From: Nymphaea colorata
Lineage: Eukaryota
Direction: 5' to 3'
Assembly: GCF_008831285.2 (NCBI RefSeq)
Contig: NC_045138.2
Location: 23,808,001-23,872,000, forward strand
Length of the DNA stretch: 64,000 bases
Shown here: positions 1 to 13,100 of the stretch, piece by piece
How the letters are laid out: each line of letters begins with the position of its first letter
Position numbering within the stretch: position 1 is the first letter of the stretch
Made by a program: the position numbers and the translations under genes
Notes under the pieces: generated by a model
What the model saw: only the letters and a program-made list of their open reading frames with translations
Databases searched by the model: none
What the model was told of the DNA's origin: nothing

Positions 1-310
1 TGGCTAAAGTTTCTTTTACGACCCATCAATAAAATGCGAACCATGTTTCTATATAATTGTGCCATATCCCTGTGCCTAAATTTGATTTGTCCAAAGACTC
101 CAAACCAATACCACCATACTTGCACCTGCTCCTGCACCCACCCTCTTTGGACTTCTTTGCCGGGTTCCTCTTTGGAGTTTTTTCCTCTTCAAGAGTATGT
201 GCTAGCTTCCAACTAGCAATAATATTAGGATATTTTTGAAATTCAGAGATATAGTGCTTCATCATACAAATTCTCATGCCTTCTTGTTCTTCATGTTGTT
301 GTGTGAGCAG

Positions 311-1109
311 TTTCTTTTTTCTTCAGATTCGGCAGAGGAACTTAGAGAAGTTTTGTCGAAGAAAAACCTTGAGCTAATTTGCATTTACAATTTTAATCTT
401 GTGGATGAAATTTGGGATGAGTTAAGGCCAAGTCCTCCGATAGAGCCAATGAGAGTTCACAGTATCAAATATGCTGGCTTGGATATTTCATCCAAAATGT
501 GTTCTTTAAGATCAAGGCTTGCTGAAGTTAGGGCAGATGCCATTGTTATCTCGAAGCTAGATGAAGTTGCTTGGTTGCTGAACCTGGTAATTATTTTCAG
601 TAACTGCCCTGTTTCTCTGCTCATGCATACTTTCTGGAGCTTGCTCTTTACACTACATGTAATTAAGGAATCTGCTTCATTGTAATCATACTTAGACACA
701 CGTGTGTGTGTGCACAAGCATGTAATAGGTCAGTCACCTGGGTGGCTAAAAGCCTAAAACTATAAATATTAAACAAAACATGTCTTCATGAGGACTTTCT
801 GTTGTTAGGATAGGCTTTTAAGATAATATAAAAATTAATCATGGATCATCAATGTCGGAGCAATGCAATGACTTTTTTCCCCAGATAAAAGAATTTAATA
901 TAATAAACAATTCTAAACACTTGCAATGTTCGATTTGTTTAGAAAAACTGTCCAGCTGCCTTCCCGCAGTGGTTCATGATGGCTCCATAATCGAATTAGA
1001 TAGGACTGCAGGACTAACAGATCAATGCAGTATTAGATTCATAGCTGTTAATAAGTTCCAGTACAAAATAGATGACACTAGGAAACAGCTTATGTACACA
1101 TACACAATG

Positions 1110-1192
<83 letters not shown>

Positions 1193-4100
1193 AAAAAGAA
1201 GCTTGAAATTTTTAGAAACCAGAAAGATGTTATATGATGATCAATGCCAATTTAATATTCTGTGACCCATCCCAACATGACAGCAATAGGTTATTTGTTT
1301 CAGAGCATCATGTAAATGCATGTCGCAAAACTCGAAATCCCACAAGAAGCCACTCACAACAGCTCAAGCAGTACAATGTGAACTAGGGAAAAAAAAGAAC
1401 ATTAATATTGTACAAGAAAAAGCTCCAAAGAAGCTCGATACATGAAGGGATAACGCTCCCTTTTTGAGGCCTAACAGACCTGTTAGATCTCCTGGGAAGG
1501 AGTTGAGTGTCTTATCTCTTATTCTATGATACATGATTACTTCCTTACCTAGCCCACTATTTTCACATAAGTTTTCATTTTCAAGGTTAGAATCAAATAC
1601 ATGATATATCATCTTTCATAAAATCATTTCTAAGAGTGTCATCATTACTTGCATCATGTTACTGTCTATATAGTATTCATCATTCCAAGGCAGCAATTCA
1701 TAGAGGAAGGAGTACCCTTCCTCATGGATTCATTCTATCAAATTCTTTTCATTTTCTAGACAGCTCACATTTAACAATACATAGATGTTTATTTTTCAAG
1801 GTCATAGCATTTATATCCTATTTGACTTTCTGAATATCAGAGAAAAACACATTTGATAGCTTTTAAAGTTAATTTATCATTCTTGCAATTCGAAACATGA
1901 TACTTACATTTAAGAACTCTTAATCTATTATAATTTGGACGGATATTATAATTTTTTTGAAATGGAGAAATATTTCCTGAGTTTTTAAAAGCATTTTATT
2001 TATTAAATTTGTGGAAATAAGTGCAGCTTCTCCCAAAAAAAATTCTTGAAGCATATTTTGAAAATGCATTTTGAATAAGGGTCCTGGTCATTTCATGTTG
2101 TTTTTTGCCACACCATTTCCTTGAGGGGTTCTAGGATATGAGCTTTAATGTAGTCTCCCCTTCAATAAAATTTCTAAATTCTTTTAAGACTCTCCTACTG
2201 AATAGCTCCTAAAAATCTTAATAGATGTATTGAATGAATTTTTCCTAATATAATAAAAGGTCTTGAAGTGTGAAATTACATTGATGTGAAACAACATTGA
2301 TGTTGTTTCTTCCGAAATATCTATTAAAATACTCAATGAACAAAATATATTAAGAGAGTGCCTTTGGAGATACAGGAACGCGGGCCCTCACAAACTCAAA
2401 AGGAGACTTTGATATGAAAGTTCTATAAACCAAAAGCTTGGGATTTCATTTTCCCATTAATAAAATCATCACAAGAGAAATTCTCATTATGATTTTTTTT
2501 TAAAAAAAATGGAATGCTTGTCATTTGCCTATACTTGAATGACCTATTCGTTGATGCGACAAACGAATATCTTATTTCTTTTGACAATATTACATGATGA
2601 TCTGGATAGCTCCAAAGTCTGCATTTCTTATTTGAGAAATCGATAATAAGTTTTTTTGGGATGCATCTAACATCTAAAATTTTAATAACTTTTTAATTTT
2701 TAAATATTTTTCAAATTTTCCAATACTTCTATTGATAAAGTTGTCCATCCTCTTTAGACATATAAGAACTTGAGTTGGTTTTACTTGCAGTCATATGAGA
2801 TGACACCCCTGAATTCCACATATTGAGAATAGGTACTGCGACAATAGCACCAAGTGGAGGTGCTCCCCTTGAAAAGAGATTGTAGAGCATTCACCAATTG
2901 AGGTTGTAGAACTTCCACAAATTGAGAAAGAGACACCAATTCTATAGAGTCTGTTTTTTTCCTTTTTCTCGACCATACCCGCAGTAGCTCCGTTCTTTTC
3001 ATATCTCCTTAGTTTGGACTTATGTCACATGAGTGCGGGGTGCGGGTGCCGGCGCGGCGTATCCCAAAAAATTTGGGTGCGAGGGTGCGGCGAGGGTATA
3101 TATATATAAAATCTGTATTTTCTATATATATAAATGTATGTATTCATAATATATATAATTTTAGCTTGTTTCTTAGCTTAAGCTGTCCTTTCTTTTTTAC
3201 TTTTATTACTGCACATAAAGAAAGAAAGGGACAGAGAGAAGAAAGAAAGAATAGAAAATATTTTGAACATGCATAAAAAAGGATGTGGTTGGGGTGCGTG
3301 TCGGAGACGCACTCGTATCAGCACCAGCACCAGCGTCGTGTCAACACGAGTGTGGCCCCTTTTCTGAAGAGTCTGTGTGACATAGGTTTGGACATTGGTT
3401 TTATGTGTTCGACATCATCGCAATTGTAGAAAATTATATTTTGGTTCACTCTTCACTGTGCTTCACAGAATGTCGTGGTGTACATGGTGTGGCATGATTT
3501 CTGGGGTCTTAAAATGGTCAACATACTCATTGTTATCATTTTTGAGGTGTGGCAACTTGTTTTCTTCCATTGCTAACTGGCAAGGGCTTCACTCTTGGAA
3601 GAGACAATAGTCCCATGAATCAAAAAGGTTTTAACTCCATCATAAGTTTGTGTCTAAGCCCGATAATAAACTTGTAAAATTTTTCCTCTTGATTTTTTTC
3701 TCTCAAAATAATATCTCTTAGACCGTGTCAGTGTGGTTCAATGTGGGTAATTCATGCCATAATTGGTTCAGCTGTTCAAAAATACTCCTTATAGACTTCC
3801 TGTGTTGTTGAAGATTAAAATTTTATTTGAGTGTTGCATTTATGAAGAACATCCTTCATCATGTGCATCCCTTTAAGAAAAATCCATGCTTCATTTTGGC
3901 AAGTTGCACATTTATCAACACATTAACACTATTGAGAAGCCAAGACATAGCCTTATGGTGGCTAATCTTTCACTCCAAGTTTTTATCATGATCCATAATG
4001 ACCATAGTGTTCTCATTTCCTTCCAACTCTTTGACTTTACCTTACAACAAGCTTCATAAGGATTAATTCAGGTTCCTTTCCAGAACCATCAACAGATCTT

Positions 4101-7100
4101 CAAACACCTTTACCTCCTATGTAATGCTATACTGTGGAAGCCCATCTACATAGTTGATGGATGTCCTTTTGAAGGGTGATAGCTTGAGTAGAGAATGAGA
4201 AAATAGTGTGGAGGTCATGCATAATTAACACATGGAATGAGTGAAATTTTATATCATTTATGCATGTGTATGAACTGTATCTACAGTAGAACCTGGAAGC
4301 ACATTCCACATTGTTGCAACTGGTACTGTGCAAATTACCACTATGTCATGTGTCCGTAACATTGATGCCCTGAACCTAATGTAATAGAGTGTGTGACTTT
4401 AAAGATGGATGATATCCTGTCATTTGTCTTGAACACAGACAAATAAAGATTGATATTTCCTTTCTCCATTTGTCTTATTTTTTTTGTATTTAATTTTTTG
4501 TCAATCAGAAATAAGTTTATATTAAGGAACTTATACCTTCTTCTTGTTCACGCTTTACAATTTTGTCTGTCAGAGAGGACAAGATGTTCCACACTCTCCT
4601 GTGACCTATTCATATTTGCTTGTGGAAAATAACAGTTCTACCTTACTGGTGGACAATTCAAAAATTACTGAGGAAGTAATGGTATACTTAAGAAATGCTG
4701 GTGTAACATTGAAGCCTTACGAAGCAATCCTTACAGAGGTTGAAAGGTAGTCTGACAACCATATGCTGTAATATTGTCTGTATATTTCTTTATTTAGTTG
4801 GTTTTCTGCATTTCATTTAATCTGTTATATCCTACTACGTGTTTTGTCCACTCCTTTTGATGATACACAAAAGCTTCTTTCTTGTTTTGAAATTTGGTCT
4901 TTGGGTTACTTGTTTCCAGATTGGCAGAAAAAGGAACAAGGCTTTGGTTGGACAAGTCCTCTGTAAATGCAGCAGTAGTGGATGCATTTTTATCTGCTTG
5001 CAAGAGATATTCTGAAGGATACCAAAATAAACAGAAAAAGAAGAGCACCAATAAAGCCTCAAAAAACAAGGGCACAACAGAAGCGTCTGAACTCCTAATT
5101 GATGGCCCAGCTACTGTATATGGAGCTTCCCCCATTTCTCTTGAGAAGGCAGTGAAAAATAATGCAGAATTGGAGGGGATGCGACAAGCTCATCTTAGGT
5201 GATTTAATCTTGCAATTTGGTTTCTCCCTTGTTTACTTTTTCCTTACAACCAGTTCTTCCAATCTTCACTAGTTATTGGTGACAGTTATCCGGTGTACTT
5301 GATCTGCACGATAAGAAGTTATTCTTGTGAAGGAAATGAACATTCCTGTTGTCTTTTTAGATCAAAAGTATTTTAACAAGTTATTAGCTATTTTGGATCT
5401 CAATTCTCGTTGTATTTCAGTTTGTTTGTGCCATTATGATGGAAGTTGTTTCTTTGCCTTTTTCTGTAGGCTTCCAATTTTAATGAGGTCATAATTGGTG
5501 TTATGTATTTTTTGGGTTTTGGTGCTCAATGTAAACAATGATTACATCTATTCTTGCTATGGTTGTATTGTCTGCCTTGGACTTCTCATACCTTTTAAAA
5601 GCTAGCCTGTATTCGGAACTTAGAACCTTAGATATGATTTCTTCACAGCACACCTTTCTTTCGTTACAGGGATGCGGCTGCTTTAGCAGAGTTTTGGACA
5701 TGGCTGGAAGAACAGATTCAAAATAAAGCGACTTTGACTGAAGTGGAAGTGGCAGAAAAGTTGCTTACTTTCCGTGCAAAACAGCCTGGTTTTTTAGATA
5801 CCAGCTTCGATACCATTAGTGGTACACCTTTTAGACCAGTTTTTCTTTGCTATATTATTTGGAGGGCTGTTGCCAATCTTTGATTGTCTATGAGAAGTTT
5901 AGGAAAAGGTTTGCTCATCCAGATTAAGGCTGGGCAACTGGCTGGCCCGATCTCATGAGGGCCTAATTGGCCTGATTTGGTAATTGCTGGGCTCATTTCC
6001 CCACCTGTTAATAATCAGGCTGGGCCAGGCCTGGGGTTTATCAGTCGTTGGGCCAAACCCCCTGCCTGGTACCCAGCCCAGCCCAATAACCCATTCTTTT
6101 ACATGTTCAACAGTATTAATAATCGGGCTACGCCAGTAAAAATCAGACCAACTAAAAAATACTTTCACTTACAATTAGTAACCCAAGCCCCATTTTATGA
6201 CCATTCTCCAGTCAGACTTTTTCCAATACTGTTGGATATAGGACTGAAGCTAGTGCCTGGAACAAAGTGTTGAAACTGTCGTGCATTGAAAATTCTTGAA
6301 AAGGGTCTAAAAAGTTTTAAACAAAGTGCCCTAAAACTGCCGTGTGTTGAAAATTTTTACAAAGGGTGTAGAAGAAAACATTTGATGAACATGTATCTAG
6401 ATGGGTTGTGGGTCCAGATCCGACCTGTCCATTCCTTAAAGTGTTGGTGATTTTCGTACACTTAAGTTGTTGTTTACCCTAATTTAATAGTTAATGGTTT
6501 ACCCTAATTTAATAGTTAATGGAAAAATTATTGAGGGTGTGAACAGCTGCGAGTGAGGGTTGTTTGTCCTCCTCAATCGTGGTTTTTTCCCTCTATTTTT
6601 GAGGGGTTTTTCCACGTTAAATCTGTGTGTTTTCTTCTCTATCTATTATACATGGTATCAGGGTAATTTTTTTTTTATCTGTTGATAGTGTTATGTATGT
6701 TTGGGTCTGGACCCTATCCGACCCACAGTTCATGTTGAGTTCTATTTAAGTAACCTTTGTAACCCTAATTGATTGTGTTAATGAAAATTGAGAGAGAGTG
6801 ATCGGCAACTAGTGGGCACCAGAATCATCTCCAATATCGTGGTTTTTTCCTCGTGTCGAGGGTTTTCCATGTTACATTTGTGTTCTTTGCGTATTTTACT
6901 GTTCAACATGGTATCAGTGCCGATGAATTTATGAGTTTTCTGTTTTTGGACGAGAATCATGTCGTCTCCTTCCTCTGCCATCGCCGTCGTTGTTCCCTGA
7001 GATCACCTTCCCTGTTGTCGTTGTCCGGTGGTGTCTCTACTGACGCCATTGTCGCCCATCGTTGTCGCTTCTTCTTGCCACTACCTATTTCAGTTGCCCG

Positions 7101-10100
7101 ATGCCACTCCTTTTTGCCAGTCGCCCGATGCCACTCCGTTCCTGCCAATCACCCGACACCACTCAATTTTGCCAGTCGCCCGACGCCACTCCGTTCCTGC
7201 CAGTCGCCCGATGCCACTCCTTCCTGCTGCCGCTCCCCTGGCGTGAAGTTCCGACATTGTTGTAGTTCGTCGCCTCTTCTTGTAGTCTCTGTCGTTTGTC
7301 GTTGCTGCCTGCTGCTTCCCTCCTTGTGGTCGTTGTCTCCCTTATAGTTGTTGGACTGTTTTTGTAAAGTGTGTACCGCCAGCCCTAATCTCTTTTAAAG
7401 GAGATTAGGGTTACGTTAATGAAACATTCTTTTGGCTCTTTCTCTCTCATCGTAACATGGTATCAAAGCCCTCTCCTGCGCCGACAGCCAAGTGAGTTCC
7501 TCCAGCAATCTCTTCCTTCCTCCCTCTTTTCATCTCCCATCTCTATTCTTTCTTACCACCCAATGAGGAGACGGTAAGAGAATAGAGGTTGGGGGGGGGG
7601 GGTGCGCTGTGTGGAGAAGGACCTGATCATGCCTATGTGGAAGGCATGATCAGATCCTTGTTTATCAATCTCGTGGATGGTACTGCTGCTGTGATCAGAG
7701 TTTGTGTTGACCGTGGGGAGCAGAATATCCTATAGATTGTGGATGTGAAGTATGTCCTGTAGATCGTGGATATGAAGTCTGAAAGTTGAAGTTTAATGAG
7801 TTGTGGACTGCTGTTGATCGTAAGTATGAAATCTATTATTTGATTATGTTGAGATTCTTGCCGTATGTTGTGGACAGCCAGTCTTATGTGGTGTGGCTGT
7901 ATTTAAGAATAGCAGCAGTCATTTGTTGATGGTGGAAGTAGTTGTCATTGGCAGATATTATTGAAGTTTAGTATTTACTCTCTATTGAAGATTTCTTGCC
8001 TATGTTGCATTCATCGGCTGCAACTACTATTTGAGTGCCTGCCTGTGTTTCTTCCTGTTTTACTGCCTGAATTTCAGTCCATGTTGCTACTTGTGTCTGC
8101 TGGTAATATTCAGAGTTTATGCTTGGGTTGCTGCCTGCTTTATTGAATTTCTGATCTGATATTGGAGCTGTAAGAATTTTCTAGGTTCTCCTGTGCTGTA
8201 GTGATTTTGATATTCCTCTAATATTCGTAGTCAGTTGGGTCCACTTGATTTATTATGGCTGAAAATAGTAAATCAGAAAATTCTACTGAATACAAGATGG
8301 CTGGAAATTCATTCTCTCATGGAACCACGATCAAATTGAATGGTTCAAACTATGAAATATGGTCGAGGGTGTTCATGATGTCTGTGGCTGGGCATAGAAA
8401 AAAATATGTTCTTGAGGAAGATGAACCTACTGAGAAAAAGGGAATATATGCTGCGTGGGACGAAGTTAATTATATTGTCATGTCTTGGATTATGAATAGT
8501 GTGGAGTCTCATATAGCCCCAACTATTGCATATTATACCAAGGCCAAAAATATGTGGTCTTTCTTGAGGAAGACATATTCGCATGCCACTAATGTAATTA
8601 AAATCCTACAATTGGAAAAAGAGTTATGCAACATACGACAATGGGATCAGGATCTATCTTAGTATTTTGCTACTTTAACTGCTGCATATGAACGGTTAAA
8701 GGCTCTTTGTCCACCTTGCCAACATTGTTGTGCATGACACTTTGAAACTGGTATGGTAGCGAAGTTTCTATCTGACTTATCTCCAGAATATTCTGTGGCA
8801 AAGTCTCAAATTCTCACAGGCAGTGATCTTCCAGATCTAGCAGACAAGTATAAGAGGCTGAGTCGTCTTGCAGTCACTCTTTCTCAAAATACGCAAGACA
8901 CACCAGTCTCTGCACTTGTGATATCAGGAGGACGGGTCCTCAACAGGGGACGTGGCACAAGCCATGGTGCAGGACGCGACAGATTTCAGTGCTCTTATTG
9001 TGGCAAAATTGGTCATCTAGAGGATCGTTGTTGGGACAAGCATCCTCACCTCAGTTCTAGCGTTTCCTCTAGATGTGGTGGAGGTAGAATCGCCACAGGC
9101 AAAGGTCCTTCTTCATCCCAAGCAGCTCATTCAAAGGCAATAATATCTATGGTTGAGTCTTCTACTGATCCTTCTATATCCATGTCATATTCCCTTAACT
9201 TAAGTAAGGATGAATATGATCGTGTTCTTGCTCAAAGGTCTGCCTCTACATCTGCCAATGCTACTGTTAAAGATTCAGCATTCTCTGTTGGTGCTCCTAT
9301 TGATGATGCAGGTATGACATGGATGATAGATTCTGGCGCTTCTAGACATTGTTGTAATCAACCACAAAATTTTTCATCATTTGTTAGATTTTCTACACTA
9401 CAGCATGTCAAGCTGGCTGATGGCAAGCTGTCCCCTGTTTTAGGCAGCGGTGATATCTACCTTCCACATTTAGGCACTATGACATGTGTGCTATATGATC
9501 CTCAGTTTCCTGTTAACTTGTTATCTGTTAAACAGCTAGCTATCGATTTACGGTGTAAAGTCATTTTTGACCATGACTCTTGTTCTTTTCAGGACTTACC
9601 AACTGGGAAGATGATTGGTGGCGGCCATGAACGTGAGGGACTTTATTTTCTGTCGATCCCAGTTGATGTTGCTGCATCTTCAGTCCCTTCGAAGCCTTCT
9701 CATTTCCAATGGCATCTCAAACTGGGTCATCCGTCAGTACCAAAACTTCGTCGCACGTTTCCTGATATTCATGCATCAGAGTCTTTTTCTTTTCGGTCAT
9801 GTTTCTGATACTATCTTGTTTTAGTTGATGATTTTACTAGAGTCAGTTGGGTTTTCTTGTTAAGGGAATGATCTGACGTCATATGTATTCTTCAAAAATT
9901 TGTCAAAAAAATAAAAACTCAGTTTGGTCTCATTGTCAAAAATATTCGCACTGATAATGCTCTTGAATTCAAATCTTCCATTCTACTTCAGTTTTATGCC
10001 AATCATGGAATTCACATTCAATATACTTGTCCGCATACGTCCCAACAAAATAGTGTAGCCGAACGTAAAACATCGGCAACTCCTAAATGTGGCTCGCACC

Positions 10101-13100
10101 CTTATGCTACAAGCTCACATGCCTGCCTATTTTTGGGGTGATGCTATTCTTACTGGTTACTGCATGTTACCTCATTAATAGATTACCCTCTTCCTCCATC
10201 CAAGAACGCATTCCCATTCAAATTCTATATCCAGGGCATCCATTATTTCATTTACCTCCCAAAGTATTTGGATGCACTTGCTTTGCACATATCCTAGGCC
10301 CAAACAAAAATAAACTTGTTGCCCAAGCCATCAAATGTGTCTTTATTGGCTACTCAGTCAAATAAAAAAGGATATAAATGCTTTGATCCCCTGACTAAGA
10401 AAGACATGATAAGTGCGAATGTTACCTTCTTTGAGTCTCGTCCTTATTTTTTCCCGTCAAATCCATCTCCGACTGAGATGCATGTACCTGTACCTCTTCC
10501 TATTCCACCAGTGTCATTTGATTCATTTCCACCATCTCAACCTAGGTCACATGAACATTTCCTTGATCCTTTGTTGGTTTCGTCGTCTAGGTCCCTCTCT
10601 CAACCGTCCACCAGCATCATCTCAAGAGGTAAGCTCCACTGATAAGACTGACTCATGTTTAATGATGACCATTCTGCAGCAAATCACCCTATTGCCATTC
10701 GTAAGGGTAAGCGACAGTGCACACTACATCCTATTTCTAATTCTGTCTCTACTGATCGTCTGAGTACAAGTTTGCTGCAGTTTGATCATGCTCTATCTAG
10801 TCATGTTATCCCGTCTTTTCACCATCATGCTGTTAAATCCACGTTGGCGACAAGTTATGCAGGAGGAAATGGATGCTCTTCTTTCTTGGGAGACTTGGGA
10901 TTTGGTAGATCCCCCGACGCACTGTGATGTGGTTGGATCAAGATGGGTATTCACCATCAAGTATCATTCTGATGGTTCAGTTGAAAGGTTCAAGGCATGT
11001 CTTGTCGCAGAAGGGTATCCTCAGACTTATGGTGTTGACTTCTTTGAGACATTTCGCCTGTGGCTCGGTTGGGCACTATTCGATTGATTATATCTCTTGT
11101 TGTCCAGCGAGAGTGGCCTCTCTTTCAGCCGGATGTGAAAAATGCCTTTTTGTATGGAGACATTTCTGAAACCGTTTATATGCAACAACCACCTGGTTTT
11201 GAGCGACAGAGGGAGTGTTCCAAGGTATGCAAATTAAAGAGGGCTATTTATGAACTTAAACAGAGTCATCGTGCATGGTTCCAGATGCTTACTGAGGTGT
11301 TATCTAAGTGTGGATTTCGCTGATCCCAACTTGATCACTCATTGTTTATCAAGCGAGACTCATCAGGAATGGTGATATTGATTGTCTATGTGGATGATAT
11401 TGTTCTTACTGGGGAAAATGATCAAGAGATAGCTCAAACAAAAAAGTTTTTACAGCAACACTTTGTTACAAAAGACCTTGGACAACTTCGTTATTTTCTT
11501 GGTATTGAGGTGACTCGTAGTAATTGAGGTGACTCGTAGTAATAAAGGAGTTGTAGTGTCTCAAAGGAAATATGTTCTTGATCTTATGCAGGAAACATGA
11601 CTATTGGGGCTAAACCTGCCACACTTCCTATGAATCTCCGCATTCATATACATGATGATAACTCAGAGCCGTTTGACTCTAGATCTTACAGATCTCTGAT
11701 AGAGAAACTGTTATATTTGACTGTCACTCACCCCGACATTAGCTTTGCTGTGAATAAGTTAAGTCAGTTCATGGAAAAACCCCGGAAGGTTCATTGGGAT
11801 GTTGCTCTAATGATTGTCAGATACTTGAAATCAGCCCCGGAAAAGGGTTATGGTTCAAAAGGGAGAATGTGTTGACATCGAAAAATATAGTGATGCTGAT
11901 TATGCAGAGTCTATAGATGGCAGGAAGTCTACTACATGTTTTTGTGTCTTTGTGGGAGGTAATCTTATTTCCTGGAGGAGCAAGGAGCAAAATGTGGTGG
12001 CTCGTTCTAGTGCTGAGTCGGAATATAGGGCTATGGCTCAAACTACGGCTGAAAATTCATGGCTTAGATCACTACTTTTAGAGTTGGGTGTTTTGAATCT
12101 CCCAATAAAGATGTATTGTGACAACAAGACAGCTACATATATTGCTAACAATCTTGTCTTTCATGAGAGAACTAAGCACATTGAAGTGGATTGCCACTAT
12201 ATTCAAGACTTAATTCAAGAAGGAATTGTTAGCACTATTCATGTCCCCTCCGAAGATCAGGCAGTTGATATCCTCACCAAGGTTCTTCCCATAGACGATT
12301 TCCTGAGATGTTGTAACAAGTTGAGCATGATTGATATATATGCTCCAGCTTGAGGGGGAGTGTTAAAAAGTATTTTTGAAATATTAAAAAGTTAAGAGAG
12401 AGGTCTTTAAATATTTTCTTATAGTTGTTGGACTGTTTTTGTAAAGTGTGTACCGCCAGCGCTAATCTCTTTTAAAGGAGATTAGGGTTACGTTAATAAA
12501 ATATTTTTTTGGCTTTTTCTCTCTCATCGTCACATGAAGATCCTATCTCATCATGTGGAGGAGATTCTAGACTGCCTCGTGCAAATAACTCAGCACTTAC
12601 CCAAGGATCATATGATTCCACAGGTTCAGAATTCTTAGTAGAAATGTTAAAGTTGTGTTCATCAAACACAACATTTTTTGATACTTTGATGCGTCGTTGT
12701 AGGGTCATAACATCTGAAACCTTTGTATTCATCTGCATAGCCAACGAACCTGCACTGCTTTAATGTGGACATAGCACACACATCCGAAAACCCTTAAATC
12801 ATTATAGTTTGGATTTTGACCAAAAAGAGTGAAGGAGATTTTGAATCCAAAACTGTCATGGGCAGACAATTTATTATATGTACAGCAGTGTGAAAAGCTT
12901 CCGTCCATAAAGTAACAGGAGTATTACTATCATGCATCATACTCATACCACTTTTCACGATGTGATGGTGTTTCCGTTCAGCTACACCATTTTGTTGTGG
13001 GGTGTATGAGCATGAAATCTGTCGAGTTATCCCATTTTCTCGTAAAAAAGTTAATAAAGTCATGTGAAGAATATTCTCCCCCACCATCACAATGAAAATG

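Noticed and set aside
852..1265. 137-aa ORF, and similar YIYI ORFs at 42373-42765
   Set aside because: Open only because they run through (CT)n/(AT)n microsatellites.
8255..12353. ORFs as host genes or an active retrotransposon
   Set aside because: They are copia gag-pol fragments with stops, frameshifts and an integrase deletion.
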